From positions 34,805-98,804 of the forward strand of contig CANTXF010000034.1 in NCBI GenBank assembly GCA_947853665.1: 64,000 nt of DNA, given 5' to 3'. The notes beneath the pieces are model-generated. The model was not told the origin of the DNA, did no database searches, and saw only the letters and a program-made list of their open reading frames with translations. Of the stretch, positions 21,581-30,195 are shown in pieces. Within the stretch, counting starts at the first letter, position 1. Each line of letters begins with the position of its first letter. Both the position numbers and the translations under genes were made by a program. The stretch comes from an uncultured Deferribacterales bacterium. GTDB lineage: Bacteria; Chrysiogenota; Deferribacteres; Deferribacterales; Mucispirillaceae.

Positions 21581-22579
21581 TTACAGGCAGGAAAAAATCC
21601 GCCCGGAAACGCCGTCGTTAAGGCTGCGGAAAAAAACGTCCCTCATCCTGTCGTACCTGGGGGCAAAATGATGAAACCGCACAAAATCCGAACCGGACCT
21701 CAGAAAAATGTCTTTAGCCAGGTCCAGCGTAAGGTGATTTTTAACGGCCGCATGCAGCACCTCGGCCTTCATAAATACAGCCTCTATTATCAAAAGGCAT
21801 GAACCGGAAGCAAATTTTACGGCTTTAGCGTAGTTTTCGAATGACGGGGCTATGTCGGTTATATATGTAACGTCCTGAGGTTTTTTGTATTCGACTACGG
21901 CTTTTTCCAACCGGTTTAGAGGTATTTCCTTTTCGCCCTCCGGCGTGGACGCTTTTATGAGGGTATCGGGCTTCATACCGTTGCGCAGGGCGTTTTTAAG
22001 CTCCTTTATCCATGCTCCGCTGAGCAATCCCTCGTCTTTAAGCCGATTTTTCATTACTGAAATATTTACCGGCTCCCTTACTCTATACCCGACGGACGTT
22101 ATGCCTCCGTGGTCAAAAAATTCATAGCCCAGGGAAAAACCTTCCCCAAGGTCTACTTCCCCTTCCGGAGCCTCCGCCTCCCTGCGGGCAAAGGCCTCCC
22201 TCGCGGAAAACACGGCGGCCCTGTTGCCACCGGGAGTAAGCTCCGCAACATAAAAGGTAAGGTCGTAATCTTTTATAAGGTTCCAGTTATAGCCGGCCAG
22301 ACGGCCTTCCACGTTTCCGATAAAACCCTCCGGGCCGAAAAACCTTATCGTATTGCCGGAAGCCAGACACCCCCGCAGGAACCGGTCGAAGCCGGAAAAA
22401 TGGTCTATGTGGGTATGGCTGACAAAAACGTCCGAAATGTCCAGCAGCTCCGAATTATCTACGTTGCCGAGCCTGCCGCAGTCAAAGAGGACGGCGCGTT
22501 TCCTGTAAACGTTTCTCATAAAGAAAGCGCTGTCGTCAAAGGGAGAATTTATAGCTTTAACCGTAAAATTAAACTTCAT
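21581..22579 (-). CDS. MBL-fold metallo-hydrolase (RNase Z-like)
   Basis: SHTHIDH H-x-H-x-D-H motif. Confidence 0.7.
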   Translation of the reverse strand: MKFNFTVKAINSPFDDSAFFMRNVYRKRAVLFDCGRLGNVDNSELLDISDVFVSHTHIDHFSGFDRFLRGCLASGNTIRFFGPEGFIGNVEGRLAGYNWNLIKDYDLTFYVAELTPGGNRAAVFSAREAFARREAEAPEGEVDLGEGFSLGYEFFDHGGITSVGYRVREPVNISVMKNRLKDEGLLSGAWIKELKNALRNGMKPDTLIKASTPEGEKEIPLNRLEKAVVEYKKPQDVTYITDIAPSFENYAKAVKFASGSCLLIIEAVFMKAEVLHAAVKNHLTLDLAKDIFLRSGSDFVRFHHFAPRYDRMRDVFFRSLNDGVSGRIFSCL

Positions 22580-24123
22580 TTAATAAGGGTTTTAAATATC
22601 CTTTCAACATTCTCCGAAACGGAACCGGTAGTCTCCGTAACCAGCTCCGCCTCGGGCATTCTGGCGGACTCCTTCTGAGCCCGGTATATTGCGGGCCTGC
22701 CGTCCGAAACCACATCTCTGGCAAGCCTTTCTTTAAGACGCTCCATAATAACGCCGTCGGGAGCGGTAAACTGAAAAAACCTTAACTTTCCCGTATCCGC
22801 CTTTTCAAACTCGTTGAGATATTCCGGCTCAATAAACGAAGCGTCCACCAGGCAGCCGCGCCCTATGCTTATTTTTGAAGCAACGGCGGCAGCCATATTA
22901 GCGTAAACCTTTATGGAATTCTCTTTGGAATATACTCCTTTGCCGTAATCAAGATACATTTTTTCCGTAATGGGCACGCCGGCTTCTTTCTTCCTTACCT
23001 CGTCGGAATTTACGCGGCATACGGGAAAGCGCTCCGCAAAGGCTTTGGCATTTCTGGATTTGCCGGTGCCCATTATGCCGTAAAAAAGCGGAGTTTCCAT
23101 TCCGTCCGCGCAGAGAGCGTAATAGGCGGACATATCTATAAGCCGCGAAACTTCCGCTTTTTTGACGGAATAACCTTCCCAGGCCTCGTCCTTGCCGTCC
23201 AGAAGAAAGCAGGTAACTTTAGCTCTCACATAAGCCAAATAGGAGCGGTAGTAATTAAGCAGCTTCACGCTGTCACCGTCCGGAAAGACGGAAAGAAAAC
23301 CTTCCGTAAAACCGTCTGCAAACTCCGTGCGGCCGGACATATCAAGCTCCATGGAAAGAAAAGCCGCCTCCGCTATAACGTCCATATATCTGAAACGTTT
23401 ATTAAATTCTATACAGTCGATAAGGCCGACGGAGCCGTTTTCATTAAAATATATATGCTCCAGGCGCAAATCCCCGTGGCCGTTTTTAACAAAGCCGCTT
23501 TCGGCCCTTTTATTGAAAATTTCCCTGTTTTCATCAAGAAATTTAAGGCTCTTTCTTTTTATAAATTCGTAGGAATCCATATCAATGAAAGAACCGGCGT
23601 ATTTCTCCGTCTGGCTGAAATTTTCTTCCGCGTTAAATTTTACGGAAGAAAAGGCGTCCGGAAAATCAGGGTCCTCCGGGGCCCTTTCCAGCCTTTTAAG
23701 AAGCTCCGCCGTCTCGGAGCCGATACGGACCATGCAGGCGTAATCTATCGCGCCCTCCGATATGCGGCTGGCGAGAAAATCTCCGTCGGCTATGCGCTTC
23801 ATTTTCAGCACGTATTCTATGGCTGTAAGGCTGTTTTCCACCGGAACCAAAGCGAAGGTATCGCCGGAACGGCGCACGAGCTTCATAACTTCGAGATATA
23901 TGCCTTCGGAAAATCTGTCGTTAAGCTCTTTTTCCAGTATGCAGAAAGCCCTGCGGCTTTTTAACGACCTGTAATCCAGAAAACCGAAGTCCACCGGTTT
24001 TTTGATTTTATAAACATAATCGTCAGCAAGCACCGCGTAGGATATGTGGGTTTCCTTAACTTCGCGGGCGCCAGTCAGCTTTTTGACAAGCTCCACCGAG
24101 GAAGGCATTTTGGAGTCTTCCAT
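22576..24123 (-). CDS. bifunctional kinase-like protein: N-terminal APH/protein-kinase-like fold plus C-terminal P-loop (AAA_33-type) kinase
   Basis: The HGDLRLEHIYF catalytic loop places the N-terminal half in the kinase-like fold. A GIMGTGKS Walker A lies in the C-terminal half. The gene overlaps its neighbours by 4 nt. Confidence 0.6.
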   Translation of the reverse strand: MEDSKMPSSVELVKKLTGAREVKETHISYAVLADDYVYKIKKPVDFGFLDYRSLKSRRAFCILEKELNDRFSEGIYLEVMKLVRRSGDTFALVPVENSLTAIEYVLKMKRIADGDFLASRISEGAIDYACMVRIGSETAELLKRLERAPEDPDFPDAFSSVKFNAEENFSQTEKYAGSFIDMDSYEFIKRKSLKFLDENREIFNKRAESGFVKNGHGDLRLEHIYFNENGSVGLIDCIEFNKRFRYMDVIAEAAFLSMELDMSGRTEFADGFTEGFLSVFPDGDSVKLLNYYRSYLAYVRAKVTCFLLDGKDEAWEGYSVKKAEVSRLIDMSAYYALCADGMETPLFYGIMGTGKSRNAKAFAERFPVCRVNSDEVRKKEAGVPITEKMYLDYGKGVYSKENSIKVYANMAAAVASKISIGRGCLVDASFIEPEYLNEFEKADTGKLRFFQFTAPDGVIMERLKERLARDVVSDGRPAIYRAQKESARMPEAELVTETTGSVSENVERIFKTLIK

Positions 24124-24126
24124 AAG

Positions 24127-24789
24127 CTACTCTCCTTCTATACCCAAAAGCAGATAAAAATCCCCGTTTTCAGGGTTTATCCAGCTGTCCAGCTCTCGAA
24201 CGGAATTTAAAAGACCCTCCGAACGCTGTCTGGAATAAGTTTTAAGCTCAGAGCGCGCCTGAGAGCCGGAAGAAACGGTTAAAGAGGATAACTCGTTATC
24301 CACCTTTACCTTTATCATGCGGGAAAGCTCTCCCATCGCCTGAATCCTGGCCGCCCTCTTTTGCCCGGGCAGCCCTCCGCTGCCGGGCGCGGCGGAACCT
24401 ACCGCGGTATACGCGTATCCCTGTACGGCCGGGTCAGTTACCCATACGGGATACCCGTTTATCACGGGATATACGGTGCCGGTACCGGGACGTTTTTTTT
24501 CTTCCGCGCGGGCGGGGCTGGGCTTTTCTTCAATATACCCGCCTTTTTTGTAAGATGAGCTTTCGCCGGAAGAATACTTCGGCGCGGCTTCACGTTCGGC
24601 CGCGCTATCCGCAGGGCGGCCTTCGCCGGACGTTTCGCCGTCAAGCTCCTTAAAAGCCGCATCAGCCGCGCGCAGGCTTTCCGAACGGGCGGAAAGGTCC
24701 TTTTCCGAAACGGACGCTTTAGGCGAACAGGCGGACAAAACGGAGCATAAAAACAAAGCGGAAACCGCCGTCAGACAGACGGCTCTCAT
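24127..24789 (-). CDS. lipoprotein with a C-terminal LPP20/FlgP-like domain (paralog 3)
   Basis: Lipobox LSAC, a long disordered linker, and C-terminal PVWVTDP...GYAYTAVGSA...AARIQAMGELSRMIKVKV matching the LPP20 pattern. Confidence 0.5.
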   Translation of the reverse strand: MRAVCLTAVSALFLCSVLSACSPKASVSEKDLSARSESLRAADAAFKELDGETSGEGRPADSAAEREAAPKYSSGESSSYKKGGYIEEKPSPARAEEKKRPGTGTVYPVINGYPVWVTDPAVQGYAYTAVGSAAPGSGGLPGQKRAARIQAMGELSRMIKVKVDNELSSLTVSSGSQARSELKTYSRQRSEGLLNSVRELDSWINPENGDFYLLLGIEGE

Positions 24790-24953
24790 CTGGTCTCCCT
24801 GTCAAGTTCCATCATCCCCTGTCTTGCGGAGTTTTCAGAGCGGTTTTTTACCGCGTTTTTATACATTTCGTGTTCGTATGCGGATTTTGCGCCGCAGGCC
24901 GCCGTTGCGGCCAATACGGCAAGGCTCAATATAAAAGCTGCAATCTTTCTCAT
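24786..24953 (-). CDS. small lipoprotein (55 aa), absent from the ORF track
   Basis: AAGGAGG RBS 7 nt upstream. The protein reads MRKIAAFILSLAVLAATAACGAKSAYEHEMYKNAVKNRSENSARQGMMELDRETR. Its TGA stop overlaps the downstream ATG. Confidence 0.45.
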   Translation of the reverse strand: MRKIAAFILSLAVLAATAACGAKSAYEHEMYKNAVKNRSENSARQGMMELDRETR

Positions 24954-24971
24954 AAAAACGGCCTCCTTAAA

Positions 24972-25382
24972 TTATCTGGCCCTCATATAAACGTAAAGCT
25001 CTCCCGTTGACGGGTCCGTCCACGAGTCCGCTATAAAGGCGCTTATCGTCCTGCCAGAAACCGTCTGCACGGAATAGGATGAAACGGCAGAATCAGAACC
25101 GGCGCCGGACGCCTCGGAGTCTACTTTAAGCACGCTTGATACCGTTACGCCCATCTGGCGCGCTATTTCGTCTATGGCTCTCGAAACGGCTAGCTCGCGC
25201 TGGCCGGTTTTGCCTTTTATGTGGCTGCCGCACACGCCTACTCCGCCGGTATAGCCTTCGCCGGACGGCGAATATACCCACGCGGGCATACCGGAGGAAA
25301 CGGCCTCAGGCGCCTTTCCTCTGTGGGCGCAGCCGACGGCGGCGGCAATAACGAGCGCCGCGGCAATAAGCTTAAAGGTCAT
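24972..25382 (-). CDS. LPP20/FlgP-family lipoprotein (paralog 2)
   Basis: Lipobox AVGC. The segment PAWVYSPSGEGYTGGVGVCGSHIKGKTGQRELAVSRAIDEIARQM fits the LPP20 core. I placed the start at MTFKLIAA. Confidence 0.6.
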   Translation of the reverse strand: MTFKLIAAALVIAAAVGCAHRGKAPEAVSSGMPAWVYSPSGEGYTGGVGVCGSHIKGKTGQRELAVSRAIDEIARQMGVTVSSVLKVDSEASGAGSDSAVSSYSVQTVSGRTISAFIADSWTDPSTGELYVYMRAR

Positions 25383-25453
25383 GGAAAAATACGTCCTTCC
25401 GTGAATAATACAAAGGCAGCCCGAAAGCTGCCTTATAAAGAACATTCGAAAAA

Positions 25454-26041
25454 TTACTGGGCTCCGCCGCTTTTAAATTCTTCCTTAATGGCGGCGTCAA
25501 GCTCGTCCTGCGCTTTTTTGGCCTGAAACTGCTGCCATAAAGCCTGGTCGTTCTGGAAGCTGGAAAGAGACTGCTCCTTTATGGCGGCGCGGGCCATTTC
25601 GGCGTCCACTCCCACAAGGATATAAAGCTCGTTGCAGGGAGATACCCAGGAGCCTATCTGCTTAGAGCCGGAAATCATTTGGGACGCTACCTGCTTAGAC
25701 ACGTTGGCGGACACCTTATCCACCGTTTCCTCATTGCCAAGGCCCGTAGACTGGGTAAAGTTTTTAAACATATTATTTACTTTAAGGGACAGAGTCCTCG
25801 CTATTTCGTCCCTTCCGTTTGCCAGGGCTTCCGTCCTGGCGAAATTAAGGCCGGCTTTGCCTATCTGGGCCGCTCCCACGGCGGAAACGCCGCCTTCGGC
25901 CCCGCCGGCCATTACCCAGTCGGGAGCGCCGACGAGACAAGCGGCTACTTCAGGAGCATTCTGCTCAACGGTGGAAGTTTTACTCCCGCATCCGGCCACG
26001 GCCAGAGACAATATCACGGCTGCAAATAACGTTTTTTTCAT
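25454..26041 (-). CDS. LPP20/FlgP-family lipoprotein (paralog 1)
   Basis: Lipobox VAGC. The segment APDWVMAGGAEGGVSAVGAAQIGKAGLNFARTEALANGRDEIARTL matches the LPP20 core. A GGAGG RBS precedes the MKKT start. Confidence 0.55.
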   Translation of the reverse strand: MKKTLFAAVILSLAVAGCGSKTSTVEQNAPEVAACLVGAPDWVMAGGAEGGVSAVGAAQIGKAGLNFARTEALANGRDEIARTLSLKVNNMFKNFTQSTGLGNEETVDKVSANVSKQVASQMISGSKQIGSWVSPCNELYILVGVDAEMARAAIKEQSLSSFQNDQALWQQFQAKKAQDELDAAIKEEFKSGGAQ

Positions 26042-26086
26042 ATAAATTTCCTCCATAAGACTCTTTTGCGCATACTACAATCTAAA

Positions 26087-27178
26087 TCATCGCCTTTCAA
26101 GGATTATTTCATCCTCGTCCATGCGCGTTACTTTGTATTTTCCGTTCCTTGTGAGAAACGAAGCCAGATAATAAGTTTTTTCCGGATAATCGGCTAAAAC
26201 CGCGTTTAAGCCCTGCTCCTTAACGTCCAGAACGAATGGGACGTTCTTAATATCGTCCCTCAGCTCCCTGAAAAGGCGCGGGTCGTTATCCCCTTTAAGC
26301 GCTACGCGCACGGTTTTTGCGTTATCTCCTAAAATTTTCTGGGAAACAGCGGATACCAGCTTCACGGAAGCGTTTTTGGACATACCTTTAAGCATTCCGT
26401 AAACAGCGTCCGTTTCCGTAGCGCCCTGACCGCGGCCGGTAAGGGAGCCGGAGGCTATTACCGCGTCCGCCCCGCCGGAGCTTCCTATAAGTTTCCAGTC
26501 CAGCTCTCCAGACATTATACTGAAATTTACCTTCGCATATCCCACGTCGTTTCCCTTGGAAAAGACGTTTATTCTGCCTATAAGCATGGTGGAAGCCATA
26601 TATTTGCCGGAAAGCTCCTTCAAAGCGGAATAATCCCCGGATCTTAGGGCTTTGTCAAGAGCCGCCCCGGCGTTTCCACCGGCGGAAGCCGCGTCCGTTA
26701 CTTCAAAACCTTTTTCAGTAAGGCCCTTTATAACAGCCTCGCTGAAAGGCTGCCCGTAAAGAATCTCTCCAGAAGGGAGAACGGCGGGAAGCAGAACCGC
26801 GACGGAGGTATTTTTTGAAAAACCGTTTACCAGATTTTTCGCCCCGTCGGGAGTTATTTCCGCCTTTATGGAAACCCAGTATATGTTTCCGTCCTTTCCT
26901 TCGTCCGTAATGCTGAAACTTTCCACTGTGCCTGTAAGCTCCGACTTAACGGCCTCCTCCGCCAGCTGGGCGTTGCTTATTATGGTGTCCAGCTTTATTT
27001 TAACGCCGGAAGCCTGTTCAAGGGCGGCCCATTTGGCTCTGGAAACGGCCATATTTTTAGCCGAAGGCACGTCCCCCCTTACTATCTCCGCCTCGCCCAG
27101 AGCCTCCACGGTTACGGCAGACGCAGGAGAAACGCAAAAAACAACCAGAATAAGGACATGCGCTATTTTTTTAAGCAT
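26087..27178 (-). CDS. secreted FlgT-like protein (N-terminal LPP20-like fold plus middle and C-terminal domains)
   Basis: Signal peptide, then EALGEAEIVRGDVPSAKNMAVSRAKWAALEQASGVKI, an LPP20/FlgT-N-like fold. Length and domain order resemble Vibrio FlgT. Assigned by pattern only. Confidence 0.4.
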   Translation of the reverse strand: MLKKIAHVLILVVFCVSPASAVTVEALGEAEIVRGDVPSAKNMAVSRAKWAALEQASGVKIKLDTIISNAQLAEEAVKSELTGTVESFSITDEGKDGNIYWVSIKAEITPDGAKNLVNGFSKNTSVAVLLPAVLPSGEILYGQPFSEAVIKGLTEKGFEVTDAASAGGNAGAALDKALRSGDYSALKELSGKYMASTMLIGRINVFSKGNDVGYAKVNFSIMSGELDWKLIGSSGGADAVIASGSLTGRGQGATETDAVYGMLKGMSKNASVKLVSAVSQKILGDNAKTVRVALKGDNDPRLFRELRDDIKNVPFVLDVKEQGLNAVLADYPEKTYYLASFLTRNGKYKVTRMDEDEIILERR

Positions 27179-27179
27179 A

Positions 27180-28376
27180 TTATTTCCCCACGGCGGAGCG
27201 CTTTACGTGGCTTCCTATTTTTACGCCGCGCAGCGCCGCGTCAGGGCCTTCCACATAACCCCAGGAACCGGCGGAAGATATCTGGTCGGATATTATTATT
27301 CTGGCGTTGAGCTTTATAAGGCTGCATTTCGTCTCTTTCGTGAGAAAATCCGTCGCTATCTGAACGTCGTAAACGTCCATAACGTCGCCTTCGTGAACCC
27401 CGTTGTCGGAGCCCAGGTTTATCTGAGCGACCTTTTTGCCCCCGCGCATTTCGTTAATATAGCCGTTCATCTCAAACAGGCCGGTAAGCTCGCTTCCGGC
27501 GGCCTTTACCGCGTCCCCCATTATGCGCTTGGCCGTGTTGATTATTATATCCGCCTGAAAGTTGGAGCTCTGGGTCGCCCTTTCTTTCGAGTTTACCGTT
27601 TTGGAATAAATCACCTTTCCGGTTTCGGCGTCTATAAGATTAAGAGTAACGGAGGCGGAAACGAACCAGCCGGAAGCGGCCGCGTCGTACCCGGCGGAAA
27701 GGGCCGATATTATAGTGCCGAAATCGGAATTATCGCTCTTTACGTTGGTGGGAGCCACATAATTTGCCTGAATGTTGTCCACAGAGCCTGTAAATATATA
27801 TTTTACTCCCGAAAGGCGGCCGAATTCCATAACGCTGTCCGGGTCGGCCATGGTCATCTGAAACTGCTGTTCCTGCAATATCTTATCCAGATGGGAACGG
27901 TTTACGAGAGTAACGCCGCCAAGCTGAGAAAGGGTCTCCTCCGTTACGCTTTGGGCGAAAGTGCCCAGAGACGGGGCGAACTGGCCCATAAACTCCGAGC
28001 TGTTGCTGGAATAGGCCGAAACCGTGCTGCTCGCGCCTACGCCCACCCCTGTATAGCGGCCGCGTCTGTCCACCCTGCCAGCGCCGACGGCAGCTCCTAC
28101 GGTGTTGCTTACTCCGGCGGTATTTGTCTGGCTGTTTTTAACGGTCATATCCCCGTAACCCGTGTTATTGGCGAACTCTACCACGGCGACTTCCCATTTT
28201 CTCGCTTCGTAAAGGTACTCGCAGTCCTTAGGTATGTTTACCGTTTCCTGGTCCTGAGGCATAGGCGCAATGCCCGTAAGGTCAAGATGCTTTTTGCCTC
28301 CGCACGAAACCGCGCCCAGCAGAAGCAGCGGGAGCATAAGTAGCTTAATGATGTACACGTCGCAAATTCTCCGCAT
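27180..28376 (-). CDS. CsgG-family outer-membrane lipoprotein with a low-complexity insertion and a C-terminal extension
   Basis: Lipobox AVSC. CsgG core motifs align with E. coli CsgG: VAVVEFANNTGYG, NRSHLDKILQEQQFQ, YIFTGSV and SVTLNLIDAETGKVIYS. Confidence 0.55.
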   Translation of the reverse strand: MRRICDVYIIKLLMLPLLLLGAVSCGGKKHLDLTGIAPMPQDQETVNIPKDCEYLYEARKWEVAVVEFANNTGYGDMTVKNSQTNTAGVSNTVGAAVGAGRVDRRGRYTGVGVGASSTVSAYSSNSSEFMGQFAPSLGTFAQSVTEETLSQLGGVTLVNRSHLDKILQEQQFQMTMADPDSVMEFGRLSGVKYIFTGSVDNIQANYVAPTNVKSDNSDFGTIISALSAGYDAAASGWFVSASVTLNLIDAETGKVIYSKTVNSKERATQSSNFQADIIINTAKRIMGDAVKAAGSELTGLFEMNGYINEMRGGKKVAQINLGSDNGVHEGDVMDVYDVQIATDFLTKETKCSLIKLNARIIISDQISSAGSWGYVEGPDAALRGVKIGSHVKRSAVGK

Positions 28377-28379
28377 TGT

Positions 28380-29060
28380 TTATTTATTTTCCTCCATAGC
28401 TTTCATTACCATCTGGAGATCTATCCACGCTTCCTTTTTTCTCTCCGGCGAACGCAGCAGGAACGCCGGGTGATAGCTCAGCATTACCCGGCATCCCTGA
28501 AATGAACGCCAGGTGCCCCTTACCTGAGTTATTTTAACGCTGGCCCCAAACAGGTGCGTAACCGCCACGGAACCGAGACAAATTATAAATTCCGGGCCTA
28601 TCATTCTTATCTGTTCTTTAAGATAGCCTATGCAGGAGGCGGCTTCGTCCGCGTCCGGGTTTCTGTTGCCGGGAGGGCGGCATTTTACGATATTTGCTAT
28701 ATACACTTCTTCCCGTTTCAGGCCCATGGCGGCTATCATTTTCGTGAGAAGCTGCCCGGCTTTTCCTACAAACGGCCTCCCGGTGGCGTCCTCGTCCGCC
28801 CCCGGGCCTTCACCTATGAACATAAGCCTGGCTTTCGGGTTCCCTTCTCCGAAAACGGTGTTGGTTCTGGTGGCGGCAAGACGGCACCCGCCGCAGCGCG
28901 ACACTTTGTCCTTTAAAAGCGCGAGCCCCTTTTCCGCCTCCTCCCGCGAAATGGCGGCGGATGGCTCCTGGCATACGGCTTCCTGAGCTGCCGGCGCAGG
29001 CTTTATAATATCTGCCACGCCGTAAACCTCCTCCATAGGGTCTTCCGGAAAAAGTTTCAT
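28380..29060 (-). CDS. udg: uracil-DNA glycosylase, family 4
   Basis: GEGPGADEDATGRPFVGKAGQLL motif, with a 4Fe-4S Cys-rich region near the N-terminus. The stop is 3 nt before the CsgG-like start. Confidence 0.8.
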   Translation of the reverse strand: MKLFPEDPMEEVYGVADIIKPAPAAQEAVCQEPSAAISREEAEKGLALLKDKVSRCGGCRLAATRTNTVFGEGNPKARLMFIGEGPGADEDATGRPFVGKAGQLLTKMIAAMGLKREEVYIANIVKCRPPGNRNPDADEAASCIGYLKEQIRMIGPEFIICLGSVAVTHLFGASVKITQVRGTWRSFQGCRVMLSYHPAFLLRSPERKKEAWIDLQMVMKAMEENK

Positions 29061-29229
29061 ACACCCGCCTCCCCTGGCCGGTTTTAAGGCTTAACACGGC
29101 CGCTGATAAATCGTATATTCCATATTATCATAATCATACGATTTTTAACAGTTCTTTTGAATTCCCATTGACGAAATATAAAATATGGATTTTAATAAAC
29201 TATCAGAAACAATAATAACCGGAGCTCCA

Positions 29230-29847
29230 ATGCCATCCAGAAAGCCGAAACGCGGCAGACTGTTCGTAGTGTCCGCGCCCAGCGGCGCGGGAAAATCCAC
29301 TTTGTGCGCCATGATGCTCAAAAAATACCCGGAGCTCAGGTATTCCGTATCCTATACCACAAGGGCCCCCAGAGGTACGGAAAAGGACGGGGCCGATTAT
29401 TTTTTCGTATCTGAGGACAAATTTCTTGACATGGCCGGAAAAAACGAGTTTCTGGAATGGGCCGAGGTTCACGGCAATTATTACGGAACCTCCGCGAAAG
29501 TAATAGAGGAAATGCTTTCCGCCGGTACAGACGTTTTTCTGGATATAGACCCTAAAGGCGCCATGCAGCTGAAAAAAAAGGCGGAAAACGGCGTGTTCAT
29601 ATTCATATCCACCCCGTCTTTCGATATTTTAAGGGAAAGGCTTATAAAAAGAGGCACGGATAAACACGATTCCATAGAAAGACGGCTTTTAAACGCCAGG
29701 GAAGAGATAAAATATTTCGCGGATTACGACTACCTTATAATAAACGACGAAAGCGACGAGGCTTTTCACGATATGGAAGCCATATACAGGGCGGAAAAAT
29801 TAAAAACCGCCCATATAACCGAAATATCTGACTTTATGAGCATATAG
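29230..29847 (+). CDS. gmk: guanylate kinase
   Basis: Walker A SAPSGAGKST, plus SVSYTTRAPRGTEKDGADYFFVS. GGAG RBS before the MPSRK start. Confidence 0.85.
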   Translation: MPSRKPKRGRLFVVSAPSGAGKSTLCAMMLKKYPELRYSVSYTTRAPRGTEKDGADYFFVSEDKFLDMAGKNEFLEWAEVHGNYYGTSAKVIEEMLSAGTDVFLDIDPKGAMQLKKKAENGVFIFISTPSFDILRERLIKRGTDKHDSIERRLLNAREEIKYFADYDYLIINDESDEAFHDMEAIYRAEKLKTAHITEISDFMSI

Positions 29848-29864
29848 CAAGGAGATTTTTTAAA

Positions 29865-30152
29865 ATGGCATTTTTGGATATCGAAAGAATAATCAATCAG
29901 GACTCCATAGGCAGCAGATTCAAGCTGGTGCATCTGGCAGGGCTCAGAGCCAAGGAGCTGAATAACCCGACGGACGAAACCTATATGTCGGGATATAAAA
30001 CCGGCCAGAAAGTAACGTCCAGAGCTCTCTCGGATATAGTCTGCGGCAAAATCGCCTTTGAAGAAGCGGAAAGGCGCGATTTCAGGACGGAAGAAGAAAC
30101 CCCCGTTTCCCCGGAGCCGGAAGCAAAAGCGGAAGCGGAAGAAGAAAAGTAA
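29865..30152 (+). CDS. rpoZ: DNA-directed RNA polymerase omega subunit
   Basis: 95 aa, NQDSIGSRFKLVHLAGLRAKEL, in the conserved gmk-rpoZ context. Confidence 0.7.
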   Translation: MAFLDIERIINQDSIGSRFKLVHLAGLRAKELNNPTDETYMSGYKTGQKVTSRALSDIVCGKIAFEEAERRDFRTEEETPVSPEPEAKAEAEEEK

Positions 30153-30195
30153 AAATACCGGCGGGCGGATAACTCCCCGTCCGCCGTCTTTCTGC

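Noticed and set aside
26868-28343. 491-aa plus-strand ORF
   Set aside because: It lies entirely antisense to the CsgG-like and FlgT-like genes. Its Arg/Gly/Tyr-rich composition is typical of a shadow frame in GC-rich coding DNA. It has no RBS, and the minus-strand genes have clear homology.
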